DNA of 25,553 nt from a virus (lineage: Duplodnaviria; Caudoviricetes): positions 1 to 25,553 of IMG/VR virus record IMGVR_UViG_3300022929_004836; one strand, 5' to 3'. Made by a program: the position numbers and the translations under genes. This document shows, one piece after another, positions 9,496 through 16,574 of this stretch (position 1 is the first letter of the stretch; each line of letters begins with the position of its first letter). The notes beneath the pieces are model-generated. The model was not told where the DNA came from. It saw only the letters and a list, made by a program, of their open reading frames with translations, and did no database searches.

Positions 9496-10190
9496 ACGTC
9501 TTTATCGAGTCTTCCGTATTTTAAAATTAAAAAAATAATAAAAATTAAAACAGGTGCGATAATAAACATGCTCAGTGGGTTAGCACTTATAAGTAGTGTC
9601 ACTTTAAGAAGAGCAAAAGTAATAATTATTGGGGACAAAATTTTAACTATTACAAATCGAAATGGGTTTATTTGTTTGACCTGCTCTTTCTCGTTTTTTT
9701 CGTCCATAGACGTATGGTATTGCGCCCAGCTACACAGCTCTAAAAATAAATTTTCCAAACCTTTAAAAATCTTAAATTTAAAAGAGCTCTCGAATGCTTT
9801 TACTTTCTCAAGTCTTTTTTGGAACTTCTCTTTAGCTTCTTGTCTTTCTTTAAGCGTTGACTCTAAAGTAAATTTAACTAGCTCTTTAGTATCAAGAACA
9901 CCATTAACAAAAAAGAATTTAAACTCTACCCAATAAGAGTTTCCGTCTTTATCTTCAAAAGAGTTATAGAAAATAATATCTCCAGTATGCTCGTGCCTAA
10001 CCCATTTAGTTTTACCTTTAAGCAGACCGCTTTTTAAAAAAAGTTTTTGTTTGTAGAGCTTGTATTGAAAAAGGCTATTATCAAGACATTTAGTTTGATA
10101 ACTGCTTCCATCAATGAGTCTTTCTTGTTTTTTTGTCAATAAGCTTCTCAAGTAAGACTTAGGGACATGTATATCGTCAAACATTCCCAT
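9492..10190 (-). CDS. Phage hypothetical protein with two C-terminal hydrophobic helices
   Basis: MGMFD...YQTKCLD...GDIIFY...WVEFKFFFVNG pattern familiar from phage hypotheticals; the last ~55 aa are strongly hydrophobic. Confidence 0.7.
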   Translation of the reverse strand: MGMFDDIHVPKSYLRSLLTKKQERLIDGSSYQTKCLDNSLFQYKLYKQKLFLKSGLLKGKTKWVRHEHTGDIIFYNSFEDKDGNSYWVEFKFFFVNGVLDTKELVKFTLESTLKERQEAKEKFQKRLEKVKAFESSFKFKIFKGLENLFLELCSWAQYHTSMDEKNEKEQVKQINPFRFVIVKILSPIIITFALLKVTLLISANPLSMFIIAPVLIFIIFLILKYGRLDKDV

Positions 10191-10192
10191 AA

Positions 10193-10423
10193 CTAGTCTA
10201 ATGATGCTCCTGCTGTAGCTACAGCCATTTTTGCCTCTAAGACTCTAACTCTTTCATTGGCCTCTATAGCTCTATTTGCTGCTTGTTGAGCCATTTGGTC
10301 AATTTCTTGAGCTTCCTGCCTTACTTCCTCAGAAGCTTTTCTTGCGTCTTCTGCGGCATCTTGTGTTGCTGCTGCACACCTACGAGCAGAATCTAACATT
10401 AGTTTTAAGTAACTGCTTGACAT
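10193..10423 (-). CDS. Small Ala/Glu/Gln-rich coiled-coil protein
   Basis: 76 aa with heptad-like composition, tightly packed in the operon after the DUF2589 pair. Confidence 0.7.
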   Translation of the reverse strand: MSSSYLKLMLDSARRCAAATQDAAEDARKASEEVRQEAQEIDQMAQQAANRAIEANERVRVLEAKMAVATAGASLD

Positions 10424-10435
10424 ATTATTATTATA

Positions 10436-10912
10436 TTAACTTGGGATCATTTTTACAATTTTATCGTTAATTCTAGCTATCCCTTCTGGGGTTTCACCAT
10501 TTTTTATAGTAAGTTTTACTTTAGCTAAAGTTTTCTTAGGGTCTTTTCTCCCAATCATGGCAATCATTTTTCTTTTTTGATGATTGTCTGAATTTTCAAA
10601 TTGACCCAAATCTACATCGAACTCCATCTCAAGGTTTTCTATTTTAAGATGATTGTGCCCTGCAAGAGACATTAATGGGATTTCTACTTCCTGATCTCCT
10701 TCTGTTGTAGGGAGAAGTATTTTTTTAGTAACAGGTCTCCCATCATTATCAAAATATGTCCCTATAACCCGTTTTAAATGTTCAGTTTCTACGTATCTCT
10801 GAGCATAAACAACGGAATTATAGAGACATTGTATAAGATGATCAAACGTTTTTAACGCTGGAGCACCTCTAAATGACCCGGATCTAGAATAAGGTAATTT
10901 ATCGTCAGGCAT
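10436..10912 (-). CDS. DUF2589-like protein (second of pair)
   Basis: FDHLIQCLYNSVVYAQ...VEIPLMSL...LKIENLEMEFDV...PEGIARI; TAATG overlap with the upstream paralog. Confidence 0.75.
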   Translation of the reverse strand: MPDDKLPYSRSGSFRGAPALKTFDHLIQCLYNSVVYAQRYVETEHLKRVIGTYFDNDGRPVTKKILLPTTEGDQEVEIPLMSLAGHNHLKIENLEMEFDVDLGQFENSDNHQKRKMIAMIGRKDPKKTLAKVKLTIKNGETPEGIARINDKIVKMIPS

Positions 10913-11535
10913 TACGTATTAGAAGTGCCACCAGAAGAGGATCCTCCTCCACCTCCAGCACTTACTGGTACAGGTTGTATTGCTGCACCTAATATGTCAA
11001 GTACTTTCATCAAACCTTCAGGCGCTCCGTCATCGCGAGCTTCTACGTGAACTGTGTACTTTGCTGAATTATCAGTTTTTCGTATATTCTCACTTTTTGT
11101 GGAAACGGAAGCGTTTAAATTAACTTTAACTGGAGACCACCAATTATCGTACTTAACACCAAGGTCAGTTTTTGTATTAACAGAACTAGTGTCTTGAGTG
11201 CTGGATTTAACTTCCATATCAAAATCGACAGTAGCTTTTTTTACTCCTAAGTTAGGTGTCTGAATAACTGAAAGAAGCGGTACCCTAAGTTTACGGTGTT
11301 CAATACTCGTGGTTATAGATCCGTTAGCATCTTTTGATTGGACTGGTGCGTCATAATCAAATTCTACTGTTCTTGCTTTAAGTTTTCCATTACCATCGTC
11401 TTCGAGTCCGATGTCTTTAATGAATTGTTCAGTTGTATGAGCCAATTGTCCTTGAGCTTTTGCAGCTCCAAGAAGTGGCTCGGCGATTAATGTCCCGATT
11501 GGGAGACCTTTGAATTGATCTGCTGTGCTAGCCAT
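10912..11535 (-). CDS. DUF2589-like protein (first of pair)
   Basis: QFKGLPIGTLIAEPLLGAAKAQGQLA...VPLLSVIQTPNLGVKKATVDFDMEVKSS...TDNSAKYTVHVEA...PEGLMKVLDIL is the DUF2589 signature as I recall it; Gly/Ser tail. Confidence 0.85.
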   Translation of the reverse strand: MASTADQFKGLPIGTLIAEPLLGAAKAQGQLAHTTEQFIKDIGLEDDGNGKLKARTVEFDYDAPVQSKDANGSITTSIEHRKLRVPLLSVIQTPNLGVKKATVDFDMEVKSSTQDTSSVNTKTDLGVKYDNWWSPVKVNLNASVSTKSENIRKTDNSAKYTVHVEARDDGAPEGLMKVLDILGAAIQPVPVSAGGGGGSSSGGTSNT

Positions 11536-11540
11536 ATATT

Positions 11541-11553
11541 AAGTGTTACACTT
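11541..11553 (-). promoter_or_regulatory. Palindrome AAGTGT-T-ACACTT containing the AGTGTA motif, before the DUF2589 pair
   Basis: Perfect 6-bp inverted repeat filling most of the 20-nt gap; minus-strand AGTGTA at 11552-11547. Confidence 0.55.
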
Positions 11554-11555
11554 TA

Positions 11556-11750
11556 TCAATGGCCAGAAATAAATTTTTGAAAAATTTCTTCCAAATCCTC
11601 CAAAAACTCCTCAGCCATCATTACTCTAGTTGCGTCAATTTCATCCATCACAATCGTATTTTTAAGCATGTTCTCATATTTTTTTCTTGTCTGAGAAATA
11701 GCTTTATGAGTTTGAATTGGTTTTTTACGTTCAAATTCAGATACGTTCAT
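11556..11750 (-). CDS. Hypothetical protein (64 aa, helical)
   Basis: ATG start; fills the gap between co-oriented genes. Confidence 0.65.
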   Translation of the reverse strand: MNVSEFERKKPIQTHKAISQTRKKYENMLKNTIVMDEIDATRVMMAEEFLEDLEEIFQKFISGH

Positions 11751-11760
11751 AATATATTTT

Positions 11761-12522
11761 CTATCTTGTGTAAAAATGTGCTTGAGCTTTTAAGTTTCCT
11801 AGGTAAGTGTTAAAACCTCGATGACCTAAGTTTATATCAGATACAACTTTGATACTTCCTCCAAGAGATTTCCAAAGCCTACAGAAACCATAATCTTCAC
11901 TTTCGTATTTTTTAGTCTCTTCGTTTACTTTACACTGAAAGATATCATAAAAGTTATCTCCTGCATCCATATAGCCATCAATATCGTTTTTATAATGTAG
12001 CTCTGGTTTTTCTTTTATTATTTTTTCTATACACTCTCGTTTTATCAGCATGAATCCGGTAGCAGCATAATTTGCTTCTACTGCCTCTTGATGTTTTGCC
12101 TTTTCGAGTTCTTCATAATTGATTTCAGTAGAAAAATCTGTGGCTAAATGCATCCACCCCTGAGGAAACTTACCAGTACTAGCCATAGCCTCCATTTTTT
12201 TTACATTAAAATATTTTTTAGGATAAACTCCTACAGCTACATCAGTATCTTGATTTATCAACTTAATAACATCTTGTGGTAAAAACTGTATATCAGTATC
12301 TACGAAAAGTAAATGAGTATAGTCTTTATTTAGCATGAATGCTACTGCAGCATTTCTTCCTCTGCTAATTAGACTTTCAAACCATATTGATCTTAAACCT
12401 ACTTTTATATTTTCTTTTCTGAATTCTGAAAGTAAATCGATCATACTCATCATATAATCAGAGTGCACCATTCCTGTATAACCTATAACAGGGCAAAATA
12501 TTTTTATGTCTTTTTTGTCCAT
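11761..12522 (-). CDS. GT-A fold glycosyltransferase-like protein
   Basis: ESLISRGRN, THLLFVDTD (DxD), ATGFMLIKR, SEDYGFCRLW, LGHRG motifs. Confidence 0.8.
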   Translation of the reverse strand: MDKKDIKIFCPVIGYTGMVHSDYMMSMIDLLSEFRKENIKVGLRSIWFESLISRGRNAAVAFMLNKDYTHLLFVDTDIQFLPQDVIKLINQDTDVAVGVYPKKYFNVKKMEAMASTGKFPQGWMHLATDFSTEINYEELEKAKHQEAVEANYAATGFMLIKRECIEKIIKEKPELHYKNDIDGYMDAGDNFYDIFQCKVNEETKKYESEDYGFCRLWKSLGGSIKVVSDINLGHRGFNTYLGNLKAQAHFYTR

Positions 12523-12525
12523 AGT

Positions 12526-14460
12526 TTACCTTATGGGGCAAGCTCCGCCTTCACACTCGAGGTCTTGCAAAACATTACCTTTGTTAATTTGCAAAGAGCT
12601 TATCCCTTTTACTTTAGATGAAATTTTATTGTAGGTATTTTCATCTATCTCTTCGTAGGGGGCTTGATCGAAACCATGATCATTGTGAAGCAAAAATGAA
12701 ACACTCTTGATGTTGTTTTTATAATGCTTCCTGAGCCAGTCTTTTATTTCTCCAAGCTCTTCCTTTTTGTAGTATACAGTACAAGACACAGCATTGTCGG
12801 ACCAATCTGATTGGATTTTTTTGACCAGATCTAGTTGATCCACCGCTTTCATGTCTTTCGCTAGTTTAGCATTTTTCCCTGACTCGCAAGGAAATTCTAC
12901 AATAACAGTATCTCTATTAAGGGTTCCGTCAAAGTTTTTAACAAACTCTACATGGTAACCCATACTCTTACATGTTTCTACTAGAGCGTCTTGACTAGAC
13001 ATTCTAACTCGACGGATGTAGTGCTGAGAGTAAGCTGGGTGAATCCCGGGGGTAGCTCCTGCAAGCAAGCTCAAAGTTCCGCTAGGCTTTACAGTGGTGA
13101 GCTTAATACTTTCAGGCCATCCTTGTTTTTTACTCCATTCTTTATCGTATTTTTTTAGAGCTTCATAACAGTCACTAAGCCATTCTATTTTATTATCATC
13201 AATTCCTTGGCAAATACCGGTAACCCCTTGTCCGATACGGAAGTTTTTATGAACAATTTTATTAGTGTCTTCATGAATAAAAGGAAGAGAGCAAATGGCT
13301 TTTTGAGTTTTGTAGAGCAACGTAGAGCATTCAATCAACTCTTCTTTTGAGGAGATGTTGTTCAAGTAGAGTTCTGATAAATTACAGCACTCTTTATCAG
13401 CTAGGGAAATTTCTCCGCAAGGATTAGTTCCTTCGCAGTTCTCCTTAGCTTTTTCTCCGGTTCTGCCAAATTTAGAACTTAAACGCAGATTAAAAAATCC
13501 ATATGGTTCTCCATTCCCAGCGTATCCATCCCATACCCCTTCTGCTATGTGGTCATAACTGTCGCAGTAAATAGTGTTATTGCTCATAGCTCGCCAATTA
13601 GGGATATTTCCTAGATCCCACCGTTTAGCTTTAATATAAAGATAATCGTCAGGGTCGCCCAAAGCAATTTCTGCGGAACGTCGAACATTTCCTGCCACGA
13701 CAACTGAACCAATAATATTTGCAATGTCTAGGACATCAAGACTTCGGAGCTTCTTACCTTCTCTTTTCTTTATTACTCCCGTGATTTTTTCAAGACCTTC
13801 TACTAGGATCTCAGGACCACTTGCTGTGCCTCCAAATCCTCCTATCGGTTTCCCTGCGCTGCGAACAAGTACGGTAGAATAACTAAATGATTTACCCGTT
13901 ACGAAATAGGCTTCGAGAACTTTACTTAAAAGCCTAACCCATCCCTCGCGGCTATCGGGAACAATAAAATCTGCATCATTTGTATTTTTTACAGTAATAT
14001 TGACATCTTTTTTAATTCTGGGGATTTCATGCACGTCTTCCCTTCTAATAGAATATCCCACGCCCCCTCCGAGCATTAAATTTTCAAAAATGAAACAAAA
14101 ATCTTCTGGCTTCCTTATTGCAGTGAACCAGCAGTTAAGCAAACTATTTCCGCCGAATCTGTCTACAGTTGAAGTGCCTAGTTGCCATAAACCTCTACCT
14201 GCAAAATTACATTTTAAGTTAAAGACTAAATCAAATAACTTTTCTGCTTCTTTTTTAGTATATCCTGCTCCTATTTTTTGAGCCCCGTTAATACATCGAG
14301 CCACTGTTTCTGGCCACTCTTCAAGTTGCCCGTTTTCTTTAATTCTAGCATATGTTCTCTTGTAGACTATATAGCCAAGCCCGTTAAAACCCCAGTTAGG
14401 TTGTTTGTTTAAATATTTGTTTAAAAAATCGTCAGATATTATGTTTTTATTTTCGCTCAT
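12526..14460 (-). CDS. nrdJ: Class II (adenosylcobalamin-dependent) ribonucleotide reductase, monomeric RTPR type
   Basis: VYKRTYAR, GRGLWQLG, LLNCWF, VVAGNVRRSAEI, TNPCGEI, CNLSE, TVKPSGTLS, C-terminal CEGGACPIR; no intein evident. Confidence 0.96.
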   Translation of the reverse strand: MSENKNIISDDFLNKYLNKQPNWGFNGLGYIVYKRTYARIKENGQLEEWPETVARCINGAQKIGAGYTKKEAEKLFDLVFNLKCNFAGRGLWQLGTSTVDRFGGNSLLNCWFTAIRKPEDFCFIFENLMLGGGVGYSIRREDVHEIPRIKKDVNITVKNTNDADFIVPDSREGWVRLLSKVLEAYFVTGKSFSYSTVLVRSAGKPIGGFGGTASGPEILVEGLEKITGVIKKREGKKLRSLDVLDIANIIGSVVVAGNVRRSAEIALGDPDDYLYIKAKRWDLGNIPNWRAMSNNTIYCDSYDHIAEGVWDGYAGNGEPYGFFNLRLSSKFGRTGEKAKENCEGTNPCGEISLADKECCNLSELYLNNISSKEELIECSTLLYKTQKAICSLPFIHEDTNKIVHKNFRIGQGVTGICQGIDDNKIEWLSDCYEALKKYDKEWSKKQGWPESIKLTTVKPSGTLSLLAGATPGIHPAYSQHYIRRVRMSSQDALVETCKSMGYHVEFVKNFDGTLNRDTVIVEFPCESGKNAKLAKDMKAVDQLDLVKKIQSDWSDNAVSCTVYYKKEELGEIKDWLRKHYKNNIKSVSFLLHNDHGFDQAPYEEIDENTYNKISSKVKGISSLQINKGNVLQDLECEGGACPIR

Positions 14461-14545
14461 TATTTTAAAAAATGGGTTTAAAGACCTTAAGTAGGTCAGT
14501 TTATTACGTGTTTAAATCTTGATAATGCGGGGGTACAAAGTCAAA

Positions 14546-14713
14546 TTATTTTTCGACTATTTTAAGTTTTTCTTTGACTTTCTTTTGCATTTTGTCCATG
14601 TAGTTTTGAGCTTTCTCCAGACCTTCTTCAGTGTGAGGAAAAGCCCCATAAGACCAATTTCTTTGAGAAGACTCGACTAAATAATACTTTTTATTTTTTT
14701 TGTTTCTTGGCAT
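14546..14713 (-). CDS. Small basic hypothetical protein (55 aa), not in the ORF track
   Basis: Manual translation: MPRNKKNKKYYLVESSQRNWSYGAFPHTEEGLEKAQNYMDKMQKKVKEKLKIVEK*. Overlaps the end of the upstream gene and fills the gap. Confidence 0.7.
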   Translation of the reverse strand: MPRNKKNKKYYLVESSQRNWSYGAFPHTEEGLEKAQNYMDKMQKKVKEKLKIVEK

Positions 14714-15020
14714 GTTTTTTGGCAAGTGATATTATTTTTAGCTCTATGGTAATTAGATCTTTTTCAAGTTCGTCTAGGTGCTGTGTTTCTAAGGATAACC
14801 TATACATTAAATTTTTTAAAGATTTTGAATACTCTAAAGATTTGTTTTCAATCTCTTTGTTAGAAAGAGAATCACACTCGTCTTCAAAATTCTCCATTTT
14901 TTCAAAAAGATCTTCTGCTTTCTTTTCCCAAAAATTAACAGAATCAAAACAGATTTCTGCAGAATTAAGAAGTTTTTTCCTTTCTTCTTCGAGTATGTTA
15001 AATTTCTGATTAGTTGTCAT
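14691..15020 (-). CDS. Hypothetical coiled-coil protein
   Basis: 109 aa, E/K/L-rich heptads, overlaps both neighbours. Confidence 0.7.
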   Translation of the reverse strand: MTTNQKFNILEEERKKLLNSAEICFDSVNFWEKKAEDLFEKMENFEDECDSLSNKEIENKSLEYSKSLKNLMYRLSLETQHLDELEKDLITIELKIISLAKKHAKKQKK

Positions 15021-15195
15021 TTAGTAGACTATTTTTAATCAAGTTTAGCTTTGAAGTCAAGAAACCTTCTCCACAATTCTTTACGGGATCTGTTTGTCTG
15101 TTTAAGGAATCTTGATGAGACGTAAATTCTATTAGTTGATCTATAAGGTTTATAAGTTGATCATGAGTATCTCTATTTATCTTGATGTCGTTCAT
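15010..15195 (-). CDS. Hypothetical protein (61 aa)
   Basis: ATG start downstream of a sigma70-like TTGACT-17-TATTTT; first gene of a small operon. Confidence 0.65.
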   Translation of the reverse strand: MNDIKINRDTHDQLINLIDQLIEFTSHQDSLNRQTDPVKNCGEGFLTSKLNLIKNSLLNDN

Positions 15196-15203
15196 GTATT
15201 AAA

Positions 15204-15232
15204 AAAATATTAAAGAGGTTAGTTAAAGTCAA
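15204..15232 (-). promoter_or_regulatory. Putative sigma70 promoter TTGACT-N17-TATTTT
   Basis: Lies just after the hsp20 terminator and just before the ATG at 15195. Confidence 0.4.
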
Positions 15233-15244
15233 GTAGGTTTACAC

Positions 15245-15270
15245 AAAAAAACCGGGCAGAAGCCCGGTTT
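15245..15270 (-). terminator. Rho-independent terminator of hsp20
   Basis: Minus strand reads AAACCGGGC-TTCT-GCCCGG-TTTTTTT, 8 nt after the hsp20 stop. Confidence 0.9.
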
Positions 15271-15278
15271 ATCCTACT

Positions 15279-15647
15279 CTAATTTATTTTTATTTCTCTA
15301 GGTTTGTATTTTTCTTTTTTGCCTAACGTTAACGTTAGTATGCCTTTGTCTAGACTAGCTTTTAAACTGCTAGGGTCGGCTGACTCAGGGATACTGTAGG
15401 CTTTATCGAGATTAATCTCTCTTCCCCTTCTTTTTCTTTTGGCTTGTAGGTTAATATCTCCATTTGAATCAATATTAATTTTAATATCTTTTTTGTCATA
15501 ACCTGCCATTTCTACCTCATAATTATAACTATCTTCCCTTTCAAAAAAATCTTCATAATTCTCATAAGTAGATTTTTCTAATTCCGTGAACAACGGCATT
15601 GCAAGATCAAGCAAGCCCCGATTATATGATATATTAGATAGATACAT
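15279..15647 (-). CDS. Small heat-shock protein (Hsp20/alpha-crystallin family)
   Basis: YEVEMAGYDKKDIKINI...YSIPESADPSSLKASLDKGILTLTL...PREIKI. Confidence 0.93.
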   Translation of the reverse strand: MYLSNISYNRGLLDLAMPLFTELEKSTYENYEDFFEREDSYNYEVEMAGYDKKDIKINIDSNGDINLQAKRKRRGREINLDKAYSIPESADPSSLKASLDKGILTLTLGKKEKYKPREIKIN

Positions 15648-15659
15648 ATAAACACCTAT

Positions 15660-15676
15660 AGCACTAGGTGTGCCAA
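15660..15676 (-). promoter_or_regulatory. Sigma54 (RpoN) -24/-12 promoter of hsp20
   Basis: Minus strand TTGGCACACCTAGTGCT versus consensus TGGCACG-N4-TTGCW; invariant GG and GC at exact spacing. Confidence 0.75.
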
Positions 15677-15736
15677 CTTGACATATTCCAATATTACTGA
15701 GGAAAAATAGCTATTTTTATTTTTAGCTATTTAAAT

Positions 15737-15763
15737 TGAGTCGTAAAGTCTCAATATTGGGAC
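15737..15763. promoter_or_regulatory. Putative upstream activator sites for an enhancer-binding protein
   Basis: Alternating half-sites TGAGTC (15737-42), GTCTCA (15748-53), TGGGAC (15758-63), about 60-90 bp upstream of the -24 box. Confidence 0.45.
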
Positions 15764-15772
15764 AAAATAGGT

Positions 15773-15994
15773 TTATTTAGACTCATAAGAAAGAGACCTT
15801 ATGTCATACATGGAAATAATTTCGGTTTCTAGAGGGTTTTCGTACTTAGAAATTTCGAAGTATTCTTCATCAATTACTTTTTCGACTTTCCCTCTCCAAT
15901 TAGATAGATTTTTTCTGCCAACAACTAAAACTTCGTTCCCTACCATTTTTGAGTTGTATGAGATTAAGTTATCTTTTGAGCTATCTTCTTTCAT
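15773..15994 (-). CDS. Small hypothetical protein, possible SH3/KOW-like beta barrel
   Basis: Start moved to ATG 15994, which follows AGGAGAG; VGNEVLVVG...WRGKVEKVID...FEIS. Confidence 0.65.
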   Translation of the reverse strand: MKEDSSKDNLISYNSKMVGNEVLVVGRKNLSNWRGKVEKVIDEEYFEISKYENPLETEIISMYDIRSLSYESK

Positions 15995-15995
15995 A

Positions 15996-16469
15996 TTACT
16001 CTCCTGAGCTACCAAATCCGCCGGAGCCTCTTTGTGTATTAGTTAACGTTTTCATTTCTGTCCATTCTGATGAATAGCACTTCTCAATAATTAACTGAGC
16101 TATCCTGTCACCCGGTTTAATATCAATTTTATTTCCTGATCCAAACATTGATTCATAAACAGATGGCGTAAGATTATACCCCTCGAAGTTTAGGTTTATC
16201 AATAATATTTTTACTTCCCCTCTGTAAGTCGAATCAATGACTCCTGCCATGACATCTATACCTTTTTTAACGGCAAGTCCACTACGTGGAGCTATTCTTC
16301 CGTAATAACCCTCTGGGATAGCAATACTGAGACCAGTTGAAATTAATGTTCTTTGGCCCGGTTCTAATGTCACATATTCCGTAGAAAACAAATCGTAACC
16401 AGCATCTGCAGGATTCGCTTGCTGTGGGACTAGAGCTTCTTTAGTGAGTTTTTTGTAATCTATTTTCAT
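15996..16469 (-). CDS. dut: Trimeric dUTPase
   Basis: AGYDL, GRIAPRSGLA, GVIDSTYRGEV, GDRIAQL, RGSGGFGSSG. Start moved from TTG 16505 to ATG 16469, which follows AGGA and lies downstream of a promoter. Confidence 0.97.
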   Translation of the reverse strand: MKIDYKKLTKEALVPQQANPADAGYDLFSTEYVTLEPGQRTLISTGLSIAIPEGYYGRIAPRSGLAVKKGIDVMAGVIDSTYRGEVKILLINLNFEGYNLTPSVYESMFGSGNKIDIKPGDRIAQLIIEKCYSSEWTEMKTLTNTQRGSGGFGSSGE

Positions 16470-16484
16470 GTTCCTATTTAGAGT

Positions 16485-16512
16485 AGTGTAATCATTGAAA
16501 ATCAAAAGTCAA
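16485..16512 (-). promoter_or_regulatory. Putative sigma70 promoter of dut: TTGACT-N16-TACACT
   Basis: Near-consensus -35 and -10 boxes, 15 nt upstream of ATG 16469. Confidence 0.6.
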
Positions 16513-16544
16513 CCTTTAGTTTTTCAAGAAATGATAAAATATTG

Positions 16545-16573
16545 TTGACAAGTGTAGGTTTGCCTCATAAAAG
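16545..16573 (+). promoter_or_regulatory. Putative promoter of the structured element: TTGACA-N17-TAAAAG, overlapping AGTGTA
   Basis: Perfect -35 at 16545-50, weak -10 at 16568-73, AGTGTA at 16551-56. Confidence 0.4.
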
Positions 16574-16574
16574 G

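Noticed and set aside
3521-11535. Bacterial contractile injection system or T6SS locus
   Set aside because: No sheath, VgrG or baseplate wedge genes are recognisable. The lambda-like tip genes and phage-type nucleotide and sigma genes point to a phage genome.
12526-14460. Intein or intron in nrdJ
   Set aside because: The 644-aa reading frame is continuous, of normal size, and shows no splicing motifs.
15658-15677. CIRCE (HrcA) operator before hsp20
   Set aside because: TAGCAC...GTGCCA resembles CIRCE arms, but the spacer is 5 nt instead of the TTAGCACTC-N9-GAGTGCTAA geometry. Sigma54 spacing fits exactly.
15678-15706. Plus-strand TTGACA as a sigma70 promoter
   Set aside because: No -10 at 16-18 nt spacing and no plus-strand gene downstream.
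9568-16007. Plus-strand ORFs 9568-9936, 10276-10470, 11559-11813, 14000-14281, 14707-15009 and 15801-16007
   Set aside because: They lie opposite better-supported minus-strand genes and have no recognisable motifs.
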